Below the pieces are notes generated by a model, which ran no database searches, was not told the DNA's origin, and saw nothing but the letters and a program-made list of their open reading frames with translations. Shown one piece after another: positions 47,066-59,400 of a DNA stretch of 64,000 bases (its first letter is position 1; every line of letters starts with the position of its first letter). Origin of the DNA: Fistulifera solaris (lineage: Eukaryota); the NCBI GenBank assembly GCA_030295235.1, contig AP026134.1, positions 1,116,001-1,180,000 on the forward strand, read 5' to 3'. The translations under genes and the position numbers were made by a program.

Positions 47066-47521
47066 ATGGCCGTCGAGAACTGTGATACCGAGAAACCAGT
47101 GACGGAAACCGTTGTTGAAGCTGTCGCTGAAGAATGCGCCGGAACGCCCAACGGTGCGGTCGACGCCCCCAGCGATGAAAATGTTGGTATGAAAAAACGT
47201 CCCAGCCCTGCCGCAACCGGCGAAGACAAGTACGAAAGTCCTATGAAGAAAGTTTCCGTCGCGATCGTTGCAGAGGAATCCCGTGAGGCCGCTGGAGACG
47301 ACGCGCTCGAAAGCACGACCAGTCCCGTCGAGGAAGCAGCGGAGGAAGAGCCTACTGGCGAAGTGATTGTCGAGGGAGAGAAGCCAAGCGAAGAGGCTGA
47401 GGCAAGCGAGGAGGCTGACAAAGCTTCGAAGGCCGAAGTTCCAGTGGTCACGTCGGTTGGAGATGATGTCGTGAAAGCTGTCGAGGTGTCGCCGCAGCTT
47501 CAGGATGTTGAAGCCGAATGA
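47066..47521 (+). CDS. Small acidic (Glu/Ala/Val-rich), probably disordered protein
   Basis: 151-aa ATG ORF in an ACCATGG context with strong GNN codon bias. KKRPSP...SPMKK could be a bipartite NLS. No family recognised. Confidence 0.6.
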   Translation: MAVENCDTEKPVTETVVEAVAEECAGTPNGAVDAPSDENVGMKKRPSPAATGEDKYESPMKKVSVAIVAEESREAAGDDALESTTSPVEEAAEEEPTGEVIVEGEKPSEEAEASEEADKASKAEVPVVTSVGDDVVKAVEVSPQLQDVEAE

Positions 47522-48538
47522 TTACAGATAGAGTTAGAGTCCTTGAGTTGAAACTGAATAGATCGTGACTGCGATGTTTTATCGGTATTCCAGCAATCGG
47601 ACTTCTTGGGCAACAGAGAAAATCTATAATTCCAAAATTATTGATCTCGGTAGTATTGTGATTCCTTTTCGTTCGAATGCATCATCTTTCACTATTCAAA
47701 AACACTTGTTGCAACTACGTGTCGAACTTATTTGAACGTCGTGCCTTGTGCCTTAAATCCGCTTCAGATGAAGTGAAAATTGCCCCGTCCCATGTCCTAA
47801 GTAGTCTTTCATACATATTTCGTCGCCACTAAAGCACTTATACTCGACGTCGTCCTTTCCCTGGCGTCAAAACGACTTGATTGATCGTTTGCTATTGGGG
47901 TAGGTAAATCATTCGATTTTAAGAGACTTTTGGTCAGAGAGCTCCAATTTCGTAGAACAATAGACGTGACGCAACTTCGATAATCTTCTAGAACGGTCGG
48001 TCTGTGTAGTCGCTTTCCTTTGTGAACAGGCAGTAGATCGCCGCTACCTCGCTAAGATTGCTTGCTTAACTTTTGATTTGACTGGCTGTACGAGCGCCTG
48101 CCGTGTGGAGAATAAGCTGTTCGCCGCGTTGCAGCCAATAACCCTCTCTCGCGCGCAAAAAAACTATCTCTTCCACTATTCGACGTTTTTTACTGAGCCT
48201 TCCGTTCCGCCATTCCGATAAAATAGCGCCAGTATATTTTTCACGCATATTAGTCCGTTTTAAATCTTTCTCATCGAGTATTTGCACATCATTATTCTTT
48301 TCGTGCAAGGAGGTATGCAAATGAGGGTTTTGCGCGTTTTGGGTTATCACAATCATCTTGTGCAAAAGGGTTAGAAGTAACGATGATGCTATACGCGGCT
48401 GAGCGTTGAGCCTGCGTTGAGCATGATTGCTAGAATTGGTTGAAAAGAAAATTGCAAAAGGCAGCTGTAACTAAATATAAGTTTGTTAAAAAGAAAGGAG
48501 GTTAGGTAGTCTAGTGGTCAACTGCTGGTCTACTGTAT

Positions 48539-48986
48539 TGATTCATGACTAAAATGCAGTCGTGGAAAAGTTGATACAACACTTTGGGGCTGTAGTGAAT
48601 ACGGAAGACCACGATCCCTAAGGCATTCGTGTGCGTACACTGAAAATGCTGCTACTATGAGTGAGAACTGATGAAGTAACAAACGTAACGTCAATAGGTT
48701 TGCAGAACAACCGAACGTTAGGTGGCAATCTGGTGATTCATGACTGATATGCAGTCGTGGCGAAGTACAGTCTACACTTTGGGTCTATAGTGAATAAGGA
48801 AGTAAACCATCCCTAAGGGCGTTTCGAAGTAAAGAATCCATGCTTGCATTGCATAATAGCTGCTTAAGAAACGAAATGCTGAATAAAGAACTGCAGCTCA
48901 ACAAGCTTGCACAACATGCGAAGTTTGAGTAGCTGTCGGGCTCAAAAGAATACTGATTCACGACTGAAATGCAGTCGTGGCAAAGT
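48539..48986 (+). repeat. Three spaced copies of a ~33-bp hairpin-forming repeat; copies 1 and 2 share a further ~50-bp module
   Basis: TGATTCA(T/C)GACT(A/G)A(A/T)ATGCAGTCGTGG..AAGT starts at 48539, 48734 and 48954 (spacing 195 and 220). ACACTTTGGG.CT.TAGTGAATA.GGAAG....ATCCCTAAGG follows copies 1 and 2. Confidence 0.88.
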
Positions 48987-49034
48987 TTGGAAGAAGTCCG
49001 CATGACGAACGGACAGCAACACCACTTAGCATGC

Positions 49035-51060
49035 ATGCATGCCATGCAAATGAATGATGGAAGTTGAAGATACAGAAGAGATTTATGATTATGATGATTT
49101 CCTTGATGACGATCTAATTGAAGAATTTGTATCCGACCCTGAATTAATGCTTTTGGTTGATGCACGAAATGCATTTAATGAAATCAGCCGACTTTCACTT
49201 CTCTGGACTGTCCGCCATCTTTGGCCACAAGGATCTCGATTTGCATTCAATTGCTATCGCCATGCTTCAACTCTCTTCATTCGGAAACAAAATGAATTTG
49301 CCATGACGATCCAATGCAGAGAAGGAGTTGCTCAAGGAGACCCCTTGAGCATGATCCTTTATGGACTAGCTCTTGCTCCAATTACCCAAACCATTCGCAC
49401 CGAAGTCGATGACATTGTATCACCTTTCTACGCCGACGATGCAGCATTTGCAGGTAAAGCGTCCAGTATTGACAAGGCAATGCAAATTCTTATGCAACTT
49501 GGTCCAGATCGCGGTTACTTCCCAGAACCCGAAAAGAGTATTGTTGTATGCCGTAAATCCGACGAACAAAGCTGCAAGCTCATTCTCGAGAAATATGGGT
49601 TTCAGTACACACGCGGACATCGATACTTGGGAGGATTTATTGGCTCATCAGTCGAACGCGACAAGTGGGTTACGGCAAAAATCAATGAATGGGTAAGCAC
49701 TCTGACGACACTTTCCGAAGTCGCCAAAAGATACCCCCAAGCCGCCTATTCAGGATTTTGTCGGTCACTCCAAATGGAATGGCAATACGTCCAACGAGTC
49801 ATTCCTGGAATATCTCATCTCTTTGCACCCCTTGAGAAATGCATCCAGAAGAAATTCCTCCCGGCACTACTTGGCGAAGATCAGCCGATCACGGGTGACT
49901 TGCGGGAAATTCTCTCTCTCAGCACAAAGGCAGCGGGGATTGGCATTTGGAACCCGGTAAAGACATGCGAACACAACTTCTCTACCTCACAAGACATCAC
50001 GAAACTCATCTCAAACAGTTTATACAGCAACACAGAATTAAACGTTGGAGAGCATCTTTCACATGCCACAGTAGAGAAAAACAGTGCCGCAAAAATCCGA
50101 TTTCAAAACGAAATTCAAACGCTTGACGAAATCTGTATTGGAAGACCAGATGAAAGGCGAAGACTTCTTCGAGCAAAATCGACAGGAATTTGGCTCTCGG
50201 TGCGTCCACAGACATTCACGGACACCGAACTCTCAAAAGACGAATTCCGTGACAGTCTACGAATTAGCTCAGGACTCCCAATTCTTGATCTCCCCAAGAA
50301 GTGTGATGGATGCAATAAACCGTTTACAGTCGAACATGCACAACAATGCAAAAACGGTGGACTTGTTATCCAGAGACACGACGATCTGAAAAGCGGAATT
50401 CATGTCTCTTTGCACGCAAGCCTTTGGACCCAAATCTGTTCGCTGATGAGCCTACCATTCACACATTTGGCAACAGCAACAACAGTACACAGGTTCAAGA
50501 GCTTCGAGGAGATGTTTCGGCCTATGGCTTTTGGAATGAGAGACGAACGACCATTTTCGATGTCCGAGTTACTGATACCGACGCACCGTCATACAGAAAC
50601 CGTGACCCGATTAAGGTTCTGGCTTCTCAAGAGCGTGAAAAGCGTAGCATGTACGGACCCCCTTGCCACGAACGCAGACGAGACTTCACTCCCCTGGTCT
50701 TTTCCATTGACGGAATGATGGGACAACAGGCTATTTCAGCATCGAGACAGCTTGCAAGAAAACTTCAGCGGAAGTGGAACAAGCCATACTCCGAGATCTG
50801 TGGCTTCATCCGGGCGCGCATGAGTCTTTCCCTGGTCAGGTCAGTTAGTATGCTTCTGCGAAATCCAAGAGAAGGAATGCCAAAACGGAATCCCCCTCAT
50901 TGGGAAACGGGCTCGGGACTGGCCCTCTACTAGCGCACTAAGGCTAGGGAGTTAGAACCAAAGCTTACTCATTGAAGTGTCAGACTGAAATATATGTGAA
51001 TGAAAAGTGGAAAATTCAGTCGAATGTCAAGATTAGATTCTGACGATTAAAAAATTAGGA
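49035..51060 (+). mobile_element. 5'-truncated CRE-clade non-LTR retrotransposon (RT + CCHC-type Zn knuckle + restriction-like endonuclease)
   Basis: RT motifs LLVDARNAFN, REGVAQGDPLSM, FYADD, GYFPEPEKS and RYLGGFIG. CDGC..FTVEHAQQC..GG...RHD is followed by RLE RGDV...IFDVRVTD...EREK..Y...FTPLVFS.DG. Two indels at ~50390-50445. The upstream RT subdomains are absent; only a HAM remnant remains near 49040. Stop at 50933, then a ~120-bp 3' UTR ending A-rich. Confidence 0.9.
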
Positions 51061-51092
51061 ATAAAATATATATCTTGAATGCTGTACCGGTA

Positions 51093-51179
51093 CCTGGGAA
51101 CGTCGTTAAAATTCTTCTTCGTCGTAGACGCTACGTAGAATCTTGTACTTGGAGGCAGAATTTTAACGTCCTTCCCTGG
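51093..51179. mobile_element. 87-bp MITE-like element with 23-bp imperfect terminal inverted repeats and TA on both flanks
   Basis: Left arm CCTGGGAACGTCGTTAAAATTCT versus the reverse complement of the right arm CCAGGGAAGGACGTTAAAATTCT (3 mismatches). TA at 51091-92 and 51180-81. A diverged copy lies at ~62851-62944. Confidence 0.65.
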
Positions 51180-51280
51180 TATGCTGTCCGTGAATCCGTG
51201 AACGTTTATACCACCAGGTACCAGTACAAGTAATCAAAAGAAGTGAATTCATCATAAATTCATAATCAAGACCTCTGCCA

Positions 51281-51607
51281 ATGGCGATTTCTACTCTTCT
51301 CCTTTTCGTTGGTTCCGTGCTTGTGCTCCATGCAGCGTACAGCTGTTTGCATTACCGAGAACTGGTTACAGATCTTGAAGAATCTGGGCAAATAGCCCCC
51401 GATTTGTTTGCTTCTACACCTTCGCTCCCAATAGATGTCGTGGTGGAGCTCATTGTTGCGTTCGTCTTGATTTTAGGCGCTGAATTGACAAGAAAAGGAA
51501 GTGGTCTCCAACCTGTCACGTCACGAGCAAAATCGAAGCCATTGATGGCTCCTTGTTACGTATCTCGCGATTTCGATATCTACACAACTCGAGGGAGCGC
51601 GCTTTGA
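51281..51607 (+). CDS. EMC5: Membrane magnesium transporter / ER membrane complex subunit 5
   Basis: GSVLVLHAAYS..HYR, LPIDVVVEL.VAFVL..G and C-terminal SRDFDIYTTRG (R.DF..F..RG-like) in a 108-aa two-TM protein. Confidence 0.82.
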   Translation: MAISTLLLFVGSVLVLHAAYSCLHYRELVTDLEESGQIAPDLFASTPSLPIDVVVELIVAFVLILGAELTRKGSGLQPVTSRAKSKPLMAPCYVSRDFDIYTTRGSAL

Positions 51608-51816
51608 TGGAAAGATAGAAACAAGCTCACCAAGTTATTGAGCTGACTAATAAATAGTGAGAATCGCGCTGCAATGAATTTATCTCCAGTTGGCAAGACA
51701 TATAATCTCCTAGTGCGTCATTTGCTTAATCTGACTTTTTCTGATATTGAATAGAAGCTCTATTGCATGGCACTCTAGCAAACATAGCTCTATAATTTAC
51801 GAAGTGGAACTTAAAT

Positions 51817-52778
51817 TCAAAGAAGAAAAAATGCCAAAGCATGGAGGCAATCGTAGGCTGCTTGTTGCTCTGGTGTGAGAAAACCTGTAGGATGGTCCTT
51901 GACAAAAGTGTTTTTCACAGGTAGGATGGGTGGATCATGATGCTGTGGCGTTGGATTCAGGAAATCATCGGCTTCATCTGTCAAAGCCTCTGGCATAAGA
52001 AATTCCCAAAGTGCTTCATCAGTTATTGAGACGCACGACGAACACACTGAATTATCATAGTCGCCGTAATGCTTGTCCTCGTGGATCGTTTCCAAACCTG
52101 TCTGCAAGGCGAATTGTAGATGCCGATGCGAGTTTCGATCTGACGCATGCTGCCATTGGAGTTCTGAGACGACTGCTTTTGAGGTTTGCTCGTTACACGT
52201 TTGGGCAAGTTTCGGCGGTACAGGAATGCTATCCTCGTCGTCCTCAATCCAGCACTCCTCCTTCATTTCGTCAGCTTTATCGTCAAACATACTGGAGTGG
52301 AACATCGATTGATGTATATCACTACCAGACTCGTTCACTGGGGAAGGGACAAAGAAAAAGAAGCTGTCGACGGCGTTCGCTCCACTGTCCTTTTGGTCGT
52401 CGGAGGCTGCATCCCACGGGGCTCGATTGATACCAAAATTGCTTTCCCAAAGATCTTGACTCATTTCCATGGAGTCGTCTTCGACTTCACTGAGGCTGGG
52501 TGTCGTCGAGCAAGATGACGCTGGTGATAGAGGAAACCATTTTTCAACTTGGGTGAGGGTGATGGTGATACTTGACCTGAAGAATCTTGGGGTGGAAGTA
52601 CAAAGTTTGTATCCTTCAGAGATGCAGAATTCAATCCGGTTTGAATAACCAGTGATTCTTTTCCGAATGGGAGATGAAAGCTTTGTCGATTCGCACAATT
52701 CTCGTCGTCGAGTTCAATAGAAGTAGGTTTCATCATCTCTGTGTATGTGCACATTGTTTTTGGCATACTTCCAAACAT
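51817..52778 (-). CDS. Hypothetical acidic/Ser-rich protein (frameshifted)
   Basis: ATG ORF 52461..52778 overlaps ORF 51817..52698 in another frame near 52695. Low-complexity, protein-like composition. No family recognised. Confidence 0.5.
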
Positions 52779-53473
52779 GATTGATCGCTCCGCAAGCAGG
52801 TAAGGTCAAAGTTTCGCGTATCAGACTATTATCAGACTAAAAGATGTAAGTACTGCGTTGTAATTATTCAAGCAGTGCTTCGTTATGTTGCTTTGTGTTC
52901 CCTTTCAACGATGAATGATGCAAGTTACCAGGTACAATCAATGGAAGAGATGTCGTTTCCCGGCCGGCGTGCTTGTTTGAATGTAAGCCGCATGGCAGTA
53001 TCAGGCGGACAGTTTTTTCAATAATCGTGATAACTAGGCGTTAAATGGCGGTGGCTGTCCACTCTTACAGACAAAGACATTGCCAACGGACAGGTCCTTG
53101 ACAATGTCGGATGTCGGACAGTTCTCCGCATTTTATTATGAAGTGGTTCACGAATACAGAGGACTGAGGACTCCTCGAGGCGCATACAACCAAGCGGTTC
53201 ATCGCATCGTTTATTACGATGACCATGAAGGACGACGAGTGAGACAAATAATTTGTTGTTGATGCTGCTTTGATCTTAAATGGCTGCGTTAGGTGACACA
53301 TTATTATTCTACTTTTTCGTTATTCTCGGTAATTTGCTAAGTACCGGAAATAAAATTGATCGAACGCCGTTGTTATCATCTCTTTGAGTGAATTTAAAAA
53401 AAGCGACACAACTTGCTTTGGCTCGATATGAAATTTGGCCCCATTGGTCGGCAACGGAGAGTAAAGATTCATC

Positions 53474-56400
53474 ATGGCTCACTCCTTAACGTGGATCACT
53501 TCGTGGCTATGTTTCATTCTACTTTGCACGCGACTATTTCAACAACAATGCTATTGCGTTGCGCAACATGATGGCCTGCTTTCTCAGATGCAATGGACGG
53601 ATATGGATAATCACAAGCGGCTGCGGGTTAGTCTACGGAACAGTCAACTGCAAGAAGCAGAAGCAGCGCAAGTTTCTTTCGCTCAACTTGAGTTACACAA
53701 CATTCATCCCACCGAAAGCACAATAATTTATTCTGTATCGACCACCATGGAAGAGACTTCATGGGCAGATCCTTCAACAGGGAAAAAGCGCTACTGGTTG
53801 AGTGCTTCGGAAGAGAACGACACAGAGAACGATCTGCACACAATCATGTCGGAAGAAAATAAAGAATATCGTCGGCAAATGCACGTCAGTCAAATACCGG
53901 GGAACTTTTTGCAATTGGGACCGGATCAAGTCGCCGTCTTAGCCTTGAGTTTCTTTCCGCGATATCCAGCCAATCATGAAACGCACAACGTGCAGCAGGT
54001 GCCTTCATTTTATAAAGATGATCCACCGACATATCAAAGTAAATACGAACACGCAGACTGGAATGACTGGGTTCAATCTACCAGGAGTCGACGAAATAAT
54101 GCCTTGTCCGATACTTTTCACAGGAAAGCATCTTATCAAGTCAAGACGACGTTAGTGATTGAAACAAACACAGAAACACTGAGGATACCAATCAGCGGGA
54201 CGAGCGTCTTACAGAATAAATATGGCATACCAAGCATGATTATGCTCGGCAATAAAGTTGAAGAGGAAGCTCCGCAGCAGGAGCAAGTTCTCAATCAACC
54301 TGAGGATGCCTTTGTCGTGAGTCGAATTCATCCTCAGCGAGGAGGAATGAGCTACACCGAGCAGGACAATCTCACGAAGAGATCAGATTGCTTTGATGTT
54401 TATATTAGACACCCATACCATTCAAGAAGATGGAGCGACCGCTGGTACAGTGAAGAGCCAGATATTGATCCTCCGGTGGACAATCTTGAGGTAAAGGAAG
54501 TATCTGTAACTAGACCCGACTTGGTTGGTTTGCGATGGAATCGCGAAAAAGGGGTTTCAGCCGACAATAGAGCGGTTTTACGCAAAAGTATTAGTCGATG
54601 GAGTGACGGTAGACCTTTGACTGTTCCTCCCGATAACATGCCTCATTATTTTGTGACGGTATGTGCGCTTACTGATGATGGTTTTAGTAGTGATAGATCG
54701 GCAATTTTTGAGTCCGGCGACGAGCTGATCGACTCCTTTTCAAACCAGCCTGGGAGTATGGGATTTTTGCAAATAAGGACGTCGCACGATAACTTATTGG
54801 TTGCCTTAGAGGAAGAGAGGATGGTGGCAAGTGAGGATGCTTCAATTCAAGATAGTAAGAAAGGCGATAATCTTAATCAATCGAGAAGCGGGCAAGAAGT
54901 TGAATCAAGTCTTTTGAAGGCGACTGCGGCTAGTCAGAATATACTGCGTGCACTGCCTGAAAGCCTGCAGCACGTGTTTGTATTGGCACGCGATGGACAT
55001 GTCAACGCAGCTAATGAGACGTTCAGATTTGGTATAAAGAATGAAAATCATGATGGCATCAGAATTCTTCGTGCATCTATTGTCACGACGTCTTGCTTTG
55101 ATGGAATAACAATTCGTTTGAAAGAGTTCAATCCCACCTTGTCTGAAATGATTTCAGGGCTGACTGTCGTTTCTGACGCTCTATCATTTGAGTGCTCCGT
55201 GGACTGGGATATCTTGCTTCGAAATTCACCTTCGGCTGATTTTTCGGTCGAAGGGTCTATTATTATCCGAGCTACTGTTATAAACCGATCAAAGCAGGGA
55301 ACGCAGTACGATACAGACACTTTTCGCAACTCTGTCCTTCTTGAGATACCGTGGGGTATTCGTTTCGTAACTGGGAACGTCATTCTTGCAACTGAGAAAA
55401 AAATCCGCTGGTTTTTTGAATCTGGGACGTCAAATAAGTAATCGGTTCCGTACTGTGAAAGGGGTCTTCTTTCCTTTTGATCTTCGCTCGATTGCTGCAT
55501 TGGATCAATCGACCCTCATCGTGGAAAACTTGGTGGTGTTATCTGACATGGGAAATATAATTCGTTTGAACGAGGTTCGTGTATCTGATGAACTAGAGAG
55601 TTCGCAACAGGGTACTCCGCGTACCGTATCGCACTGTTCCCGGCTCGAGGCAAAATTATCCAACGAAGTACCTTCTAGGGAGGACGGAAGACTAGGTCTG
55701 ATCACTTTAACTTATCGTTTGCTCAACGAAGTTGACTGGCAAAGTTCAGAGGAGGGGCATGGTCATTTGCCGACATGGTGTTATCTCAGCTTTACGACTA
55801 TGCCTAGCACAGGCCAACATATAACACCCGTTGTCATATACAGTGGTTCCATCGACGTCACTGGAAGTCCCTCCGTCACGACCGCGGGGCGTGAAACCAA
55901 ATTAAAGGTAGAGCTTCAAGATCAACACTGGAATCATGCCGTTGGGGTGGATAGCATTGTTGACTGGCTGAATACTGCTCAAGTTGGATCGGCATTTTCG
56001 GCGCTAGTCGACGGTCCAAGAAGTATAAGAGACGCTCCGAAATGGGGGAAGAATGATTTGAAGCGATATTTTTACAATCTTAATGGAAACATCGGCAGGC
56101 GGCCCTATTCCAGACTGGTACCAGTGTTGTTGAACGTAGGGGCAATTCTGCAGAGTGATGTTGAATCTGTGCCGCTGTATTTGACAAATCACAATCCAAT
56201 TCCAGTCACTGTCTCCATTGATGTGAGTGAAGTGGAGGGGTTGGCCATCATGTTGGGGCAAGATCAATCGACTGGAAGCGGTGATGGCAATCATCCCCTA
56301 GACTATTTGCCAAACAAATTCTCGAAAACAGAAAGCGTTGTCGACGAAAATAAGATTTTGAGTGGGACATTCGCTGGGCATCCTATAGATGGACTGCGCC

Positions 56401-59400
56401 AATTTCTGCTTAGGGACGTCGCCGTCAACAAGTACTTTAGTCAGTTCGCATTTCGAGACGCAGCTTCGTTGAGCAAATATGCCATTTCACGATCGTCTTT
56501 CTTAAGGAGCTTATTCAAAGATAGCGCTTACGAAACATTTCATCGCAAGGGAGCGAATTTCAACCGAGAAGATGGAGGTTGTGGAACCAGCGACTTCCCT
56601 GAGACGTATGGTCCTTTTTCTCGCACCATAAACGGAGGTGGTGTTGTTCTTGGTCCGATCGTTTTATCCGAAGATGGTAGAAAAGTACGGAGAACGAGAG
56701 TTTGTCGCGGAGCTGTCGAGAATAGTGTCACGATTTCCCCTGGTGGATATGTGAGATTTGATGTCTTCGTCCGATCCCCTCCCGCTGCAGTGCTCGAACA
56801 AGACATAACTAGATTCTTGTCCACTGGTTTGCTGCTTTCGACCGACCATGGGCAAATCATACCAATTCTAGCAAATTTTGAAGCGTTGCAGGGCAAGTTA
56901 GACGTCTCACATATTCCCTCGCCAATCATTAACTCTGAATCTCGCGAGGGAATTATTCATGTCCCAATTGGATTATTTAGTAAGCCATCATCGGCAACCG
57001 GAGAATCAAAGCCAGTTTATATCCCACCAAGTGCTAAAGACGATGGACTGTTTGTGGCTCAAGTTGCTATTTTATCCAGGAATGTCAGCGATGTTAATAG
57101 AGTGTCGCTTTTTATGCGATCATCTTTTTCTCACGATATCAAAGTGCGACGCATTGCAAGCTGTAATCCTTGGTTTAAAGTTGAGCTGTCAGACACCACG
57201 GAGGAGCTTCTTCCGACTTTTGATCCGTTCTTGGGCGTAAATATTGGAGCTGTCAGCAGTAATGCCATGTGCAACAGTTCGACCGACATAACTGGTGAAG
57301 CACCATTTCCATCGTTTTTCCGTTGTGTGACGAGTTGGTTACTTCAAAGGGCTGAGCTGCAACCGAGGGGCTGCGGCCCGCTTCCGCTTATTGATGGTCG
57401 ACTCAACTTCAAATCCGACGTTCCCGCAGACATTGCTTTGGATAAGGTGGTTCGAATTTTAGAGAAAGCAATTGTTGCCTTCGAGCAGAGAGACGCAGAT
57501 ACAAAAAGCGATCTCTATAATGTCGAAACGGACAAATTTGACTCTCCCCGCTACCCCGCCAAGAATCGATCAGGTGATGGAATCGTGTCGCCTGGCATTT
57601 TACGCTCGGCAGCTCAAACGTCGGAAGCCTGGAAAACGATTTCTGATCTAGGATTGCAAGTCATTGCTACGAGTCTTCGAGCAATAATCGAATACAATGG
57701 GACATCCGGGGTTCAATTTCCCTCGTTAGCGATAAAGTACAAGAAGATAACCCGGTTTTCTCGGTGGTAATTCGAAATGTGACAGTTCTATCAACGTTGG
57801 AAATACCACGACTTGTCGATTTTCCTTCGGCACGCTATAAATTTCCGTTCTTCTCGCGTGGTGATAATTATCATCCTTCTACCCTAAATTTCCCAGCAAC
57901 ATTAGTGGGCTCACTTACTTCAATAAACATCCCTCTTCACAATCCTACGGCAGTCCCAGTCCGTGTTAGACTGACGGTTCCTCCATTCGCCAGAGGTTCT
58001 TCTTTGAAGAATCGGGAAGGACCTTTCGCGGATGCGGCCGTGAAGAAGTTTATCGGTCAGTGGCGACCGCCTTACATTCAAAGCAGCTTAGTAGATAAAA
58101 TGAGCACAACAGAAGAAGGAAACCGATTTTGGTGGGGACCGGATAAAGCTTATTTTCAAGCAGATTCGAATGGAGATATAACAAGATCACACCAAAACGT
58201 TACAATAAAAGCCGGATCGGGAGCCAAATTTACTCTTATTGATCCATCAGTCATGTTCAATATTGCCTTCTTAGCGGGCTGCGGAAGGAGGTGCGGGCTT
58301 CTTGAAGATGGTAGTAAACAGAAAAGAGCTCCATTTGTTCATGGCTTGGTTGGTTTGATACCTATGAGCCCGATCGGTGCTTCTGCTGCCGCCGGTCACT
58401 TTTTACTCGGGCGAGGGCCTACATTGTCAAAGGACAATAAGAATAGGTTGGGAGACGGTTTTGAATCAGGGGGGTCTATGATGCTCAATGGGCGCGGGCC
58501 CTCTGCATTTGCCATTGCCAAGGAAGGGCTTAATGAGATCATAATACCGCCTTTTGGCAAAGCGGAGCTGGGTCCTATATTTTTCCGCCCCCCTGGGCGT
58601 TCTACCAGATTTGGTTGTGCTGCACAATTGGGGCGTTCGCCTCATGACCACTGTGAACAAGCGACCTTTGAATCATTGGTGTTTCTCGAAAACTCGCTAT
58701 CTGGAATTGAAAGAATTGTATTAACCGGGAAATCTATGTGGACAAAACTAGAGTTTGTGGACCCTGATCCTATGCCCAACGAAGATGACTTCGGCGATAT
58801 CGTATTTCGACACGGGAAACCGAGCTTGATGTTCTCTGGCTCAGCATCAGTCACTGAAGGCTACCCACGCCCCGTAGTGAAACACCTTTTTCTTCATAAC
58901 TTTGGCGACTTACCAGTCAATCTGACTAAGATGTCGATTATCCACGATGAATTGTTTTCATCACACTCTGTCTTGTGCAGCACCGGAGGTTTCGATTTGC
59001 TTACTAGTTTTCGGAGGGATGCTCCCCATGCAATACTCTTACCTGGTGGCAATTTTTCTTTGTCCATTCAGCACCGACCGGCTTGCAACAAAAGAACGGA
59101 TTTTGTGACACTTTCAATTGAGTACTCATACAGAGAGATGGAGAACAACGACGCTGTGTTCACAGCTTCAAAGCTTCCATTTCAGAGACATAGTGTGAAT
59201 CTCACAATCGGTTATGATATGTTGGACTGGGAATTTCGATCATGCAAACCTCTCAGGACGAGTTGGTCTACGGAGAACTGGTGCACCGAAAGTTATAACT
59301 CAACGACCTCAACAAACAACGTCGTGGACGAGAATCATGCTGTTCTGTCGACGCTATGTTTCGTGTTACTGAAGTTGTTTGCCATAACCATTGTATTGAA

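Noticed and set aside
48660..48720. Hammerhead ribozyme suggested by CTGATGA near the retroelement 5' side
   Set aside because: I could not find the required stem II followed by GAAA or matching stems I and III by eye.
48539..48986. SECIS element (ATGA...AA) in the hairpin repeats
   Set aside because: The spacing between ATGA and the A-rich loop is far too short, there is no GA quartet partner and no adjacent selenoprotein gene.
48500..50933. Bacterial retron, DGR or group II intron system
   Set aside because: The RT is followed by a CCHC knuckle and an RLE endonuclease typical of eukaryotic non-LTR elements. No msr/msd, TR/VR pair or domain V was seen.
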